A stretch of 64,000 bases of DNA, taken from positions 1,578,503 to 1,642,502 of the forward strand of contig OZ220716.1 of NCBI GenBank assembly GCA_965116795.1, in the 5' to 3' direction. Under the pieces are notes generated by a model that was not told where the DNA came from, ran no database searches, and was given only the letters and a program-made list of their open reading frames with translations. Origin of the DNA: Gammaproteobacteria bacterium (GTDB taxonomy: Bacteria > Pseudomonadota > Gammaproteobacteria > JAJFKG01). The position numbers were made by a program, and so were the translations under genes. This document shows positions 9,952 through 20,987 of this stretch, in pieces (position 1 is the stretch's first letter; the number at the start of each line of letters is the position of its first letter).

Positions 9952-10862
9952 CGGCGCTATCCACTAAACATCTGTTAACAGGTAATGAACTGACTAAAGA
10001 CGATATTAATGCATTATTGTCACTTGCCATCAAAGTGAAGCAACAACCTTCATTGTATTCAGATTCATTAATGGGAGAGTCTGTTGCATTGATTTTTGAA
10101 AAACCCTCATTAAGAACACGTTTTAGTTTTTCAGCTGGTATTAACCAGCTTGGTGGCCAGGCAATTGAAAGTATGTCACACACTAGAAAATCAGAAGAAC
10201 CTGAAGATTTTATTAGGGTGATACAAGGTTATTGTACTGCAATGATGATTAGAACATTCGATGATGAATCGCTACAGATCATGAAAGATTATGCCACTGT
10301 TCCTATTATTAACGGGTTAACTGATAAGTATCATCCATGCCAAATCTTAGCAGATTTACTAACTCTAAAAGAAACATTCAATACAGTGAGTGATTTAACA
10401 ATCAGCTACATTGGTGATGGCAATAATATTTTGCATAGTTTATTGCTGATGGCAACCAAGCTTGGGATCATAGTACATTATTGTTGTCCACCAGGTCATT
10501 ATCCAGATAAAACTGTATTAAACATGATTGAGAATAATCAATTAGTTGAATCATTTTCTGATCCGAAACAGGCTGTTAACCAATGCCATGCTGTTTATAC
10601 CGATGTGTGGACTAGTATGGGTTTTGAGCAAAAAAATGAAACGGATTTTGCGGGTTATCAAGTTAATGAAGCATTAATGTCATATGCCAATGATAATGCA
10701 ATATTTATGCATTGCATGCCAATGGAGCGTGGTAAAGAAGTAAGTCATACATTACCAGATGCACTGTGTTCATCAGTATTTATTCAGAGTGAGAATCGAA
10801 TGCACGTGCAAAAAGCACTGCTATTAATGTTATTAAAACCTAAATTCCGCAGTCCAGTTTAA
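9948..10862 (+). CDS. argF: Ornithine carbamoyltransferase
   Basis: FEKPSLRTR, HPCQ, DVWTSMG, HCMP, QSENR. Confidence 0.95.
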   Translation: MTALSTKHLLTGNELTKDDINALLSLAIKVKQQPSLYSDSLMGESVALIFEKPSLRTRFSFSAGINQLGGQAIESMSHTRKSEEPEDFIRVIQGYCTAMMIRTFDDESLQIMKDYATVPIINGLTDKYHPCQILADLLTLKETFNTVSDLTISYIGDGNNILHSLLLMATKLGIIVHYCCPPGHYPDKTVLNMIENNQLVESFSDPKQAVNQCHAVYTDVWTSMGFEQKNETDFAGYQVNEALMSYANDNAIFMHCMPMERGKEVSHTLPDALCSSVFIQSENRMHVQKALLLMLLKPKFRSPV

Positions 10863-10878
10863 CTGCGGAATTTAGGTT
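10837..10878. repeat. AACCTAAA-family inverted pair overlapping the argF stop
   Basis: AACCTAAATTCCGCAG-TCCAGTTTAA-CTGCGGAATTTAGGTT, perfect 16-bp arms. Confidence 0.85.
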
Positions 10879-10896
10879 AAAACAAGGGGAAAACTA

Positions 10897-12108
10897 ATGG
10901 CTAGAGAAAAAATTGTATTAGCTTATTCAGGCGGGTTGGATACATCGGTTGCAATTAAATGGCTACAAGAACATTACCATTATGATGTGATTGCAGTTGC
11001 AGCTGATTTGGGTGAAGGTAAGGACTTAGCAGAAATCAAACAAAAAGCATTAACAGTCGGTGCGATACAAGCCTACATTCTCGATCTTCGTCAAGAGTTT
11101 GCTGATGATTATCTGTCTAAAACATTAAAAGCCAATGCACTGTATGAAGGTGTTTATCCACTTATTTCTGCACTATCAAGACCGCTTATCGCTAAAAAGT
11201 TGATTGAAATTGCCAAACAAGAAGGGGCTGTTGCGGTTGCTCATGGTTGTACTGGTAAAGGTAATGATCAAGTGCGTTTTGATGTATCACTGAATACATT
11301 AAATCCAAGATTAAAGATAGTTGCCCCGGTAAGAGAATCACCGATGAGTCGTGAGCAGGCTATTCAATATGCTGAAAAGCACAATATACCATTGCCTATT
11401 AATTTAGATAATCCTTATAGCATTGATTTAAATCTATGGGGGCGAAGTTGTGAATGCGGTGTGCTAGAAGATCCGTGGTTAGCACCACCAGAAGATGCGT
11501 ATGCGTGGACATCGTCAATAGATGAGACACCTGATACACCACAAGTGATCGATATCACATTTGAACAAGGCATTGCCACTGCAATAGACGGTAATGCTAT
11601 GCCATTTTATCAATTGATTACGGTACTTAATGAAATGGCAGCCAGTTATGGAGTTGGTAGAATTGATCACGTAGAAAATAGATTAATTGGGATCAAATCA
11701 CGCGAAGTATATGAAGCGCCAGCAGCAATCACGCTAATTAATGCACATCGTGCACTAGAGTCGATTTGTTTAACCCGTGATGTTGCCCATTTCAAATCTA
11801 TCATCGAACAGAAATTTGCAAATCTTGTGTACGATGGTTTGTGGTGCTCACCATTATTTGATGCAGTTAATGCATTTATTGATAATACCCAAGAAACGGT
11901 TAATGGGATTGTCAAAGTAAAATTTCATAAAGGTAATGCTATCGTTATTGGCAGACAATCAGCACAATCATTGTATCAATATGATTTGGCAACGTACAAA
12001 TCTGATGATCAATTTGATCATAATGCATCGCTGGGGTTTGTTAAATTATGGGGATTGCCATTAGAAGTGCACTCACTGGTTAATAATAATAAGGATAACA
12101 CCGTATGA
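10897..12108 (+). CDS. argG: Argininosuccinate synthase
   Basis: [39 protein letters not shown]. Confidence 0.97.
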   Translation: MAREKIVLAYSGGLDTSVAIKWLQEHYHYDVIAVAADLGEGKDLAEIKQKALTVGAIQAYILDLRQEFADDYLSKTLKANALYEGVYPLISALSRPLIAKKLIEIAKQEGAVAVAHGCTGKGNDQVRFDVSLNTLNPRLKIVAPVRESPMSREQAIQYAEKHNIPLPINLDNPYSIDLNLWGRSCECGVLEDPWLAPPEDAYAWTSSIDETPDTPQVIDITFEQGIATAIDGNAMPFYQLITVLNEMAASYGVGRIDHVENRLIGIKSREVYEAPAAITLINAHRALESICLTRDVAHFKSIIEQKFANLVYDGLWCSPLFDAVNAFIDNTQETVNGIVKVKFHKGNAIVIGRQSAQSLYQYDLATYKSDDQFDHNASLGFVKLWGLPLEVHSLVNNNKDNTV

Positions 12109-13526
12109 AATTATGGGGTGGGCGATTTAAGAAAGAAACTGATGCATTAGTAGATGAATATTGTGCGTCGATTACATTTGATCACGTATTAGCAGAATTT
12201 GATATTCAAGGCAGTCTGGCTTATGTCAAGATGTTAGGCAAATGTCAGTTATTAGAAAAAAAGTCTGTTGATACGATTAATGACGGACTTCATCAACTAT
12301 TAACTGACTTAAAACAGGGTAAATTGACCTTTAGCTTAGCTGATGAAGATATTCATATGAATATTGAAAAAATGTTGTTTAAGCTAATTGGTGATGATGC
12401 TGGAAAGCTGCATATAGGGCGTAGTCGAAATGATCAAGTTGCATTGGATCTGCATCTTTATTTACGTTTTCATTTATTGAGCATTATCACGCAACTGTGC
12501 CAACTTAACCAAGTGATTGTTGAATTAGCAGAAGCACATATCGATGTGGTGATGCCAGGTTATACCCATTTGCAACGAGCAGAGCCAATTAGGTTTTCAC
12601 ATCACATGCTTGCCTATTTTAATATGTTTTATCGAGACACGCAGCGCTTGATGAATAATTTTGAGAATACTAATATCAGTCCGTTGGGTGCAGGGGCATT
12701 AGCAGGCAGTGGCGTTGCGATAGATAGAGAGTATGTAGCAAATCTTCTTAATTTTAACTCGATTTATGATAATAGTTTGGATGCAGTAAGTGATCGTGAT
12801 TTTATTGTCGAATTTTTAAGTAATGCATCATTGCTTATGATGCATTTTTCCAAATTAAGTGAAGAAATTATTTTATGGTGTAGCCAAGAATTTTCATTTA
12901 TCGAACTGGATGATCAATATTGTACGGGTAGCAGTATGATGCCACAAAAAAAGAATCCAGATGTTGCTGAGCTGGCAAGAGGAAAAGTCGGCCGTGTGTA
13001 TGGCTCATTAATTGGATTGCTAACTGTATTAAAGGGTTTACCATTAGCTTATAACAAAGATTTGCAAGAAGATAAACAAGGGTTGTTTGATGCAGTGACT
13101 ACTTTGAGTAATACCTTAGCTGTTTATCCTCCTATGTTGAAATCAATGACTATAAATAAAGACAATATGCTTAATGCAGCAACCAGTGATTTTTCTAATG
13201 CAACCCAATTAGCAAATTATCTAACGCAAAAAGGGCTTGCATTTAGAAAAGCACATGAGTTATCTGGCCAGATTGTCAGTTTCTGTTTGGATAACAATAA
13301 AAGGTTGTCTGATTTAACTGTGAAAGAGTTTAAACAGTTTAATCAAATGATAGATGATGATGTGTATCAATCATTACAATATGAAAATGTCGTCGAGTTA
13401 CGCGCTGTTAAAGGTGGCACAGCAAAACAATCAGTAATTGAACAAATTGCACAAGCAAAGGCTAAGTTGGAAGCAATATCTATTTGGCTAGATGGAAAAG
13501 TTACGCTCGTAGACGTTGACTTATAA
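12105..13526 (+). CDS. argH: Argininosuccinate lyase
   Basis: [34 protein letters not shown]. Confidence 0.97.
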   Translation: MKLWGGRFKKETDALVDEYCASITFDHVLAEFDIQGSLAYVKMLGKCQLLEKKSVDTINDGLHQLLTDLKQGKLTFSLADEDIHMNIEKMLFKLIGDDAGKLHIGRSRNDQVALDLHLYLRFHLLSIITQLCQLNQVIVELAEAHIDVVMPGYTHLQRAEPIRFSHHMLAYFNMFYRDTQRLMNNFENTNISPLGAGALAGSGVAIDREYVANLLNFNSIYDNSLDAVSDRDFIVEFLSNASLLMMHFSKLSEEIILWCSQEFSFIELDDQYCTGSSMMPQKKNPDVAELARGKVGRVYGSLIGLLTVLKGLPLAYNKDLQEDKQGLFDAVTTLSNTLAVYPPMLKSMTINKDNMLNAATSDFSNATQLANYLTQKGLAFRKAHELSGQIVSFCLDNNKRLSDLTVKEFKQFNQMIDDDVYQSLQYENVVELRAVKGGTAKQSVIEQIAQAKAKLEAISIWLDGKVTLVDVDL

Positions 13527-13673
13527 TCTTTGATAGTAAAGCTCTATAAAAACAGTATGTTATTGCTTTGATTTATGTTTGCTATGGATTATCCTAAACT
13601 CTCTTTTATCAACTATACTGTAGCCGAGTGCGGAATATAATTCGTTTAAATTGAATGAGTAACAGGAAAAGCG

Positions 13674-13916
13674 ATGTTTGATGATATGCTGACAGGCTTA
13701 ATGTCTTCACTTGATCCAACCAGCATTGTTGTGCGAATAATAGCAGCCATGATTGGCATAGGTTATTTATCGTATGGTAAAAAGCATAATATTCTATATG
13801 CATTCTGCGGTCTTGGTTTGTTATTATATCCCTATTTTATCGAAACAACCTTCCAGCTAATCACAATTGGTGCGGGTTTATTGATTGCTCCTATTATACT
13901 GAGCCGTTTATTTTAA
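13674..13916 (+). CDS. Small membrane protein, function unknown
   Basis: 80 aa with about three hydrophobic segments, GYLSYGKK and YPYF; AGGA RBS. Confidence 0.65.
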   Translation: MFDDMLTGLMSSLDPTSIVVRIIAAMIGIGYLSYGKKHNILYAFCGLGLLLYPYFIETTFQLITIGAGLLIAPIILSRLF

Positions 13917-13918
13917 TC

Positions 13919-14551
13919 CTAACAATCAGCTCTCAATGCCTTTGCGGTGTTGATGATTGTTGTACGTTTTAATAATAATTGAAAACGATTTCCACCACAT
14001 TGACGCCATAATACACTAGCGCGGATCCCAGCTAATAGTAATGCCCTGATTTGCTGAAAAAGATGCGGTTGTCGTAGATAATCAGATTGACCATTAACAT
14101 GAATGCGATAGTTTAATTGACTTAATGTGGCATGATAGGTTTCTGCTAATGCAGTAATGATATTATCATGCGTTATAGAAAAGTAGTTGGTTTTGTGCTG
14201 AATGTCACGGATCTTATCACGCAATGTTGCTACCATTTTTTTCTGCTTAATAAATTTGCGCTCAAGATACATTAAGCTAATCACATAACGAGTGACATCG
14301 AGATTGGTACGTTGATCATTGTTGGATTGTTTGTTGAAAATAGCAAGTAAGCTGTCTAGCCCTAATGTAAGGTGACTAGTATCACCAAATATATCGTGTA
14401 TTGAGTTGGCGTCTAATTGAAAGATGCTATTAATACTACCGGCAAAATATGGATCTTCTGCAATCCCACGTGTAGCAACATGTTGTACTAATGTGGCTGC
14501 TTGGAAGATCCCAGCCAATGCCAGTGTCTTGTCCGTTATACTGTGACTCAT
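13919..14551 (-). CDS. hflD: High frequency lysogenization protein HflD
   Basis: [30 protein letters not shown]; ATGA overlap with mnmA. Confidence 0.93.
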   Translation of the reverse strand: MSHSITDKTLALAGIFQAATLVQHVATRGIAEDPYFAGSINSIFQLDANSIHDIFGDTSHLTLGLDSLLAIFNKQSNNDQRTNLDVTRYVISLMYLERKFIKQKKMVATLRDKIRDIQHKTNYFSITHDNIITALAETYHATLSQLNYRIHVNGQSDYLRQPHLFQQIRALLLAGIRASVLWRQCGGNRFQLLLKRTTIINTAKALRADC

Positions 14552-15642
14552 TGAATGATCCCGCCTCCCAAACATTGATTATTAATATAAAACACAATTG
14601 ATTGTCCTGGTGTCACTGCACGTTGCGCAATATCAAATGTAACTTGGTATGACTGTTTGTCAAGCAGTAATAGTGTACAGGATTGTGTTGGTTGTCGATA
14701 GCGAATTTTTGCCTGGCATTGCAATGGCAAGCTAGGTGGGATGCCGGCGATCCAATGACAATCATTAGCAATTAATGATGATTTAAATAGGGCAGGGTGT
14801 TGACTGCCTTGTGCCACAATTAACGTATTGCTTGGCAGATGTTTATCAGCCACATACCACGGTTGTTCGTTATGTTGCTGTTGGCCACCAATACCAATGC
14901 CTTTGCGCTGCCCAATGGTGTAATACATTAATCCATGGTGTTTTCCAATGACTTTACCATCGATTGTTTTGATGATGCCAGATTGTGCCGGCAGATACTG
15001 ACCTAAGAAAGTATTAAATTTGCGTTCACCAATAAAACAAATGCCAGTACTGTCTTTCTTGGCATGATTGGCTAACCCTAATTTGCGTGCTAGTTGACGT
15101 ACGCTTGGTTTAGTTAACTCACCAAGTGGAAATAGACTGGCTGCCAATTGTTGTTGATTAAGTGCATACAAAAAGTAACTTTGATCTTTGTTATGATCGA
15201 TGCCTTGATGTAACTGATATTGTCCATTTTTATTAATGATCTGTGCGTAATGTCCTGTTGCAATTTTATCTGCACCTAAGCGTTTCGCATAATCTAAAAA
15301 AGCAGTGAACTTAATGTCTCGATTACACAAAATATCTGGATTGGGTGTGCGTCCTGCACGGTATTCTGCCAGGAAGTATTCAAAAACACGATCCCAATAG
15401 GTTTTGGCAAAGTTAATCTGATGCAAAGTAATTCCCAGCTTGTCACACACAGCTTGAGCATCTTGTAAATCTTGTGCACTATTACACTGTGTGTCATCGC
15501 CATCATCTTGCCAATTTTTCATGAATAATCCTTCAACACGGTAACCTTGTTGTTGAAGTAAATACGCGCTAACAGATGAATCGACACCGCCAGATAAACC
15601 AACAATAATTAGCGGAGTTGTGTGAGTGTTGCTGTGTGCCAT
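14548..15642 (-). CDS. mnmA: tRNA 2-thiouridylase MnmA
   Basis: [47 protein letters not shown]. Confidence 0.97.
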   Translation of the reverse strand: MAHSNTHTTPLIIVGLSGGVDSSVSAYLLQQQGYRVEGLFMKNWQDDGDDTQCNSAQDLQDAQAVCDKLGITLHQINFAKTYWDRVFEYFLAEYRAGRTPNPDILCNRDIKFTAFLDYAKRLGADKIATGHYAQIINKNGQYQLHQGIDHNKDQSYFLYALNQQQLAASLFPLGELTKPSVRQLARKLGLANHAKKDSTGICFIGERKFNTFLGQYLPAQSGIIKTIDGKVIGKHHGLMYYTIGQRKGIGIGGQQQHNEQPWYVADKHLPSNTLIVAQGSQHPALFKSSLIANDCHWIAGIPPSLPLQCQAKIRYRQPTQSCTLLLLDKQSYQVTFDIAQRAVTPGQSIVFYINNQCLGGGIIQ

Positions 15643-15660
15643 GAAAACAATATCGCCCTA

Positions 15661-15787
15661 AATACTTTTCGCGTTTTAAATTTATGCTTTGTTGGCTGCG
15701 CCTCCTCACAACAGTCATGTATTTCAATACACTCCTGTTGATTCGAAGGCTTGCCGCCTCGCCTGCATTCAAAACGCTTTGAGTATA
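15661..15787 (-). repeat. ERIC/IRU-like palindromic element, copy 1
   Basis: 127 bp; minus strand TATAC..AGGCGGCAAG..GAATC..AGGAG..TGACT..CGCAGCCAAC..GTAT follows the ERIC consensus as recalled; close copy at 62932. Confidence 0.8.
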
Positions 15788-15965
15788 TACCCATTCCACT
15801 TCAAGAAGCGATTTTTAACGTCCAGCTTGTGGCGAATTTGAATTGTTCTTCAATCGAAAAAGCTCGCAATACCTCTAGTATTCCTGCACTTTTTCTCAAT
15901 CAGAACAATCCAACTACTTGCAAGCTGATTGTTAAATTCTCGCATCTTGAAGTGGAATGGGTATA
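15786..15965. mobile_element. TA-flanked MITE, 180 bp
   Basis: Terminal inverted repeats TATACCCATTCCACTTCAAGA ... TCTTGAAGTGGAATGGGTATA; shares its TA with the adjacent ERIC-like copy. Confidence 0.8.
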
Positions 15966-16138
15966 GTAGTAAGAATATGAAAATAATTTTTCCAGGAAAT
16001 CATAGCGTATTTTGTGCTTGTTGAAAATAAGGTCATATACACTGTATTAAGATAGGTGTATATCCTATTGGAAAATGCTATCCTGCTGCCCACAAATGTC
16101 GAAGTAGCCGAGCACTCATCAACATAACGGAGACTATT

Positions 16139-17395
16139 ATGCAGTACCAACATATTTCTGTGCCTACTCAAGGTGAAAAAATTACAGTCAATGCTGATTT
16201 ATCGTTAGCTGTGCCTAACCACCCGATTATTCCTTATATCGAAGGTGATGGTATTGGCGTGGATGTTACCCCGGCAATGAAGCATGCTGTCGATAGTGCG
16301 GTACAGAAAGCGTATGGTGATAAACGATCGATTGCGTGGATGGAGATCTATACCGGTGAAAAGGCGTTGTCAGTTTATGGCAAAGATGTATGGCTACCAG
16401 ATGAAACGCTAACTGCGATTAAAGAATTTGCTGTTGCCATCAAAGGACCATTAACAACACCAGTGGGTGGTGGTATTCGTTCATTGAATGTAGCGTTGCG
16501 CCAAAAATTAGATTTATATGTGTGTTTACGACCAGTACGTTATTTTGCTGGAACACCATCCCCGTTGCGTGAACCAGAAAATACCAACATGGTGATCTTT
16601 CGTGAAAACTCAGAAGATATTTATGCGGGTATTGAATGGGAAGCTGGCACACAAGAAGCAACTCAAGTGATTAACTTTTTATGTGACACCATGGGAGTGA
16701 CTAAAATTCGTTTTCCACAACAGTGTGGGATTGGGGTAAAACCAGTGTCTCGACAAGGCACTGCCCGTTTGGTTAAACGTGCTATTCAATATGCGATTGA
16801 GCAAGATCGTGATTCAGTTACCTTAGTGCATAAGGGTAACATCATGAAATTCACTGAAGGAGCATTTAAACAGTGGGGTTATGACGTTGCTGTCAATGAA
16901 TTTGGTGCAACACCGTTAGATGGTGGACCTTGGCATGCGTTTACCAATCCTAATACCGGTAAACAAATTGTAATTAAAGATGTGATTGCCGATGCCTTTT
17001 TGCAACAAATTTTATTACGACCAAAAGAATACAGTGTTATTGCTACCTTAAATTTAAATGGTGATTACATATCGGATGCATTAGCTGCGCAAGTTGGTGG
17101 GATTGGCATTGCACCGGGTGCCAATATTGGTGATGGCGTTGCTGTGTTTGAAGCAACACATGGTACAGCGCCAAAATATGCTGGACAGGATAAAGTGAAT
17201 CCCGGCTCATTAATTTTATCAGCTGAAATGATGTTACGTCATTTAGGTTGGATGGAAGCGGCTGATCATATTATTAAAGGTATGGAAGCGGCCATTTCCA
17301 AAAAGACGGTGACATATGATTTTGAACGCTTACTATCAGGCGCAACCTTATTAAGTTGTTCTGAATTTGCTAATGCGATCGTTGCTAATATGTAA
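16139..17395 (+). CDS. icd: NADP-dependent isocitrate dehydrogenase
   Basis: [52 protein letters not shown]. Confidence 0.97.
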   Translation: MQYQHISVPTQGEKITVNADLSLAVPNHPIIPYIEGDGIGVDVTPAMKHAVDSAVQKAYGDKRSIAWMEIYTGEKALSVYGKDVWLPDETLTAIKEFAVAIKGPLTTPVGGGIRSLNVALRQKLDLYVCLRPVRYFAGTPSPLREPENTNMVIFRENSEDIYAGIEWEAGTQEATQVINFLCDTMGVTKIRFPQQCGIGVKPVSRQGTARLVKRAIQYAIEQDRDSVTLVHKGNIMKFTEGAFKQWGYDVAVNEFGATPLDGGPWHAFTNPNTGKQIVIKDVIADAFLQQILLRPKEYSVIATLNLNGDYISDALAAQVGGIGIAPGANIGDGVAVFEATHGTAPKYAGQDKVNPGSLILSAEMMLRHLGWMEAADHIIKGMEAAISKKTVTYDFERLLSGATLLSCSEFANAIVANM

Positions 17396-17473
17396 CGCCA
17401 TGTTCAACTTTATCTAAGAGACCAAGTAAATTTGTTCTCGAAAATAATTTAATAGAACCTCTGTACGTTGAGG

Positions 17474-17536
17474 CGTTATTCCTGGATCGAGTCCAGGACA
17501 AGCTCTGGAAGCCGCAAAGCGGCTATCTGGGATCTG
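17474..17536 (+). repeat. Degenerate CGTC-type REP with nested hairpin module
   Basis: CGTTATT[CCTGGATCGAGTCCAGGACAAGC]TCTGGAAGCCGCAAAGCGGCTATCTGGGATC. Confidence 0.6.
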
Positions 17537-17854
17537 AACAATCAAATAATTATGCTATTACACAAAAAGTCGAATATTATGTTAGCTAAGTGTTTTAGCT
17601 GCTTGCATAGCTTGTCACCTTTTACATTTGGCCATCATTTATCCTGGTTGTGCAGTCTGTGATCTGTAATAACAGATTATCTCTAATATACAGACTTAGT
17701 GATTGATTAATCGATTTTATTTTTCATCAGGCATTGTTAATGGTAGTATGCCGCCATTTGCATGCTGCTATAAAATCAATGGGTTAATTGATCAGCACCT
17801 TGGGCAAATAATGCTTAATATCAAGCAGATCAGCAAATTGGGTTAACTTCGGCT

Positions 17855-18190
17855 ATGGTTTTACTTATGGGTAGTAAATCGCGCTCAGACAAGGAGTCAG
17901 GATTACTTGTTGAAGAGCCTGAGTTAGCAACAGCGCAACCAAAGTTATATAACGTCGTATTGCTAAATGATGATTACACGTCAATGGAATTTGTAGTGAT
18001 GTTATTAAAACGCATTTTTGCGATGAATAATCAACAGGCAACGCAAACGATGTTACAAGTACATAATATTGGGAGAGCGATTTGTGGTGTGTTTACTTAT
18101 GAGATTGCCGAAACAAAAGCGACACAAGTTAATGAGTATGCGCGTGTCAATGACTATCCGTTATGCTGTATTGTTGAACCGGCTGTTTGA
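17855..18190 (+). CDS. clpS: Clp protease adaptor ClpS
   Basis: YNVVLLNDDYTSMEFVV, MLQVH..GRAICG, EIAETK. Confidence 0.96.
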   Translation: MVLLMGSKSRSDKESGLLVEEPELATAQPKLYNVVLLNDDYTSMEFVVMLLKRIFAMNNQQATQTMLQVHNIGRAICGVFTYEIAETKATQVNEYARVNDYPLCCIVEPAV

Positions 18191-18235
18191 CAAAATCAAT
18201 GGTGATTAAAGTGCAAGAATTTAGGGGGAGATCCC

Positions 18236-20587
18236 ATGCTGGATAAAGAATTGGAATTTACACTCAACATGGCATTTAAAGAGGCACGTGACAAACGCCA
18301 TGAGTTCATGACAGTAGAACATTTATTATTGGCATTGTTAGATAATTCATCAGCTACCAGTGTATTACGCAATTGCATGAGCTCTGACAATTTACGTAAA
18401 TTACGCAGTGAACTCACTAAATTTATTACTGACACCACACCGTTAATCCCCGCTAATGAGTCTGATCGAGAAACTCAACCAACGCTCGGTTTTCAGCGCG
18501 TGTTGCAACGCGCTGTATTTCATGTGCAATCTGCTGGAAAAGCAGAGGTAACCGGTGCTAATGTATTGGCTGCTATTTTTTCTGAACAAGAAAGTCATGG
18601 AGTCTATTTCTTAACGCATAAACATAATGTCACCCGTTTAGATGTTGTTAATTATATTTCACACGGCATTTCAAAGATTGAGAGTAAACAAGACGATATG
18701 CAATCGTTTAAACAACATGATAATCAACCCATGGATGATGATTTTGATGGTGATGATGGCAGTGGTGTGGTGACTGATGACGAGGGCAATAAATCCAGTA
18801 GTCCATTAGCCAGTTATGCAACCAATTTAAATGTACAAGCATTGGCAGGTAATATTGATCCGTTGATTGGGCGTAAAGAAGAAGTCATGCGCACAGTGCA
18901 AGTGTTAGCCCGTCGTCGTAAAAACAATCCATTATTGGTTGGTGAAGCCGGTGTTGGTAAAACCGCAATTGCCGAAGGGTTAGCTAAATTAATTGTTGAA
19001 AATAAAGTGCCGGATACCATAGCAGAGAGCACAGTTTATTCATTAGATTTAGGGGCATTATTAGCAGGAACTAAATACCGCGGTGACTTTGAAAAACGTT
19101 TGAAAGCGGTATTAAACCAATTGAAAAGTGAACCGCATTCGATTTTATTTATTGATGAAATTCACACAATTATTGGTGCTGGTGCTGCATCTGGCGGTGT
19201 GATGGATGCATCTAATTTAATTAAACCCATGTTAGCCAGTGGTGAATTACGTTGCATTGGTTCCACAACTTATGAAGAATACCGTGGTATTTTTGAAAAA
19301 GATCATGCGTTAGCAAGACGGTTTCAAAAGATAGACATTGTTGAACCAAGCATTGCCGATGCGATTGATATTTTAAAAGGGTTAAAAGAACGTTTTGAAG
19401 AGCATCACGGAGTAAAATACACCTTACCTGCATTACGTGCTGCTGTTGAGTTGTCTGATCGTTACATTACCGACCGTTTTCTACCAGATAAAGCGATCGA
19501 CGTTGTCGATGAAGCCGGCGCTAGTCAAACCTTAAAACCAGAAAATAAACGTAAAAAGAGTGTAGGTGTGGCTGAAGTTGAAGAAATTATAGCAAAAATG
19601 GCACGTATCCCTTCCAATAAAGTTTCCCGCAGCGATAAAAACTTACTGAAAAATTTAGAACGTGATTTGAAAATGCTGGTCTTTGGCCAAGATAAAGCAA
19701 TTCAATCATTATCAGCAGCAATTAAATTAGCTCGTTCTGGTTTAGGTGATCCACGCAAACCGGTGGGTAGTTTCTTATTTGCTGGACCAACCGGTGTGGG
19801 TAAAACCGAAGTAACCCGTCAATTGGCCCATTTAATGGGTGTTGAGTTAGTTCGTTTTGATATGTCAGAGTATATGGAGAGTCATTCGGTTGCTCGGTTA
19901 ATTGGTGCACCTCCGGGTTATGTCGGTTATGATCAAGGGGGATTGTTAACCGAAGCAATTAATAAGCATCCGCACAGTGTGTTGTTACTCGATGAAATTG
20001 AAAAAGCCCATCCCGACATTTTCAATATCTTATTACAAGTGATGGACCACGGTACGTTAACCGATAACAATGGTCGTAAAGCAGATTTTCGTCATGTGAT
20101 CATTGTGATGACGTCTAATGCTGGCGCTGTTGACATGGAACGCCGTTCAATTGGGTTTGTCGAACAAGATCATACGAGTGATGGTAAAGAAGCCATTGAA
20201 CGTGCTTTTACCCCTGAGTTTCGCAACCGTTTAGATGCAGTGATCCAATTTGCTGCGCTAGAAACCGATGTGATCGTGTCAGTGGTGGATAAATTGATTG
20301 CTGAATTAGAAGTGCAGTTAGAACAAAAAGGAGTGACATTGCACGTTGATAAGAAAGCAAAAGCGTGGTTAAGTAAACATGGGTATAACCGCACTATGGG
20401 TGCACGCCCAATGGCGCGTTTAATTCAAGAAAATATTAAGAAACACTTGGCTGATGAAATCTTATTTGGGCAGTTAGCCAAAGGTGGCCATGTCGATGTG
20501 TCTGAAAAGCATGACAAATTAACCTTTGACATTATCGCTGGACAGCATTGCCATAATCGTACTGAGACGCATGAGTCAGATGCATAA
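18236..20587 (+). CDS. clpA: ATP-dependent Clp protease ATPase ClpA
   Basis: RHEFMTVEHLLLALL; two AAA+ modules (GEAGVGKT, GPTGVGKT); follows clpS. Confidence 0.97.
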   Translation: MLDKELEFTLNMAFKEARDKRHEFMTVEHLLLALLDNSSATSVLRNCMSSDNLRKLRSELTKFITDTTPLIPANESDRETQPTLGFQRVLQRAVFHVQSAGKAEVTGANVLAAIFSEQESHGVYFLTHKHNVTRLDVVNYISHGISKIESKQDDMQSFKQHDNQPMDDDFDGDDGSGVVTDDEGNKSSSPLASYATNLNVQALAGNIDPLIGRKEEVMRTVQVLARRRKNNPLLVGEAGVGKTAIAEGLAKLIVENKVPDTIAESTVYSLDLGALLAGTKYRGDFEKRLKAVLNQLKSEPHSILFIDEIHTIIGAGAASGGVMDASNLIKPMLASGELRCIGSTTYEEYRGIFEKDHALARRFQKIDIVEPSIADAIDILKGLKERFEEHHGVKYTLPALRAAVELSDRYITDRFLPDKAIDVVDEAGASQTLKPENKRKKSVGVAEVEEIIAKMARIPSNKVSRSDKNLLKNLERDLKMLVFGQDKAIQSLSAAIKLARSGLGDPRKPVGSFLFAGPTGVGKTEVTRQLAHLMGVELVRFDMSEYMESHSVARLIGAPPGYVGYDQGGLLTEAINKHPHSVLLLDEIEKAHPDIFNILLQVMDHGTLTDNNGRKADFRHVIIVMTSNAGAVDMERRSIGFVEQDHTSDGKEAIERAFTPEFRNRLDAVIQFAALETDVIVSVVDKLIAELEVQLEQKGVTLHVDKKAKAWLSKHGYNRTMGARPMARLIQENIKKHLADEILFGQLAKGGHVDVSEKHDKLTFDIIAGQHCHNRTETHESDA

Positions 20588-20925
20588 TGTCTTGCTAAAA
20601 TAGACTAACTATTATTTTTTTCACGTTAATTTATACGTTGTTGCTCGATGTCTTTTTGCCAATCTTACCTATTTTAACACACTCTTTTGCCCTGAAAATT
20701 TGTCGCTACGCAAACAGTTAAAATACACTGAATATGTAAAAGGAAATGCATCAGCTTGCATTGAGTAAATTTACCTTTAATTTTAAAATCCTTTTAATTT
20801 AAAACAGTAGTTCATAAAAAAAAGAGTTTGTATTAGAAAATAAAAGATGCTACATTTTGCTTTCGTTACCATTATTACCTGCACGATGTTGATTTGGGTT
20901 TGATATGGCTAGCGATTAATGATTA

Positions 20926-20961
20926 TGGCATATAAAAATGATTGTGGCATATAAAAATGAT
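20926..20961 (+). repeat. 17-bp direct repeat upstream of orphan gene
   Basis: TGGCATATAAAAATGAT at 20926 and 20945. Confidence 0.75.
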
Positions 20962-20987
20962 CATATTTAGATAAAGGAGATTATGTT

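Noticed and set aside
15569-16171. Short ORFs across the mnmA-icd gap (also 33759-34239, 62894-63100, 17468-17662)
   Set aside because: They are translations of ERIC/MITE/RPE/REP elements, with no independent sign of coding
20926-20942. Sigma-54 promoter (TGGCA start)
   Set aside because: No GC at the -12 position; GG-N10 is followed by TG
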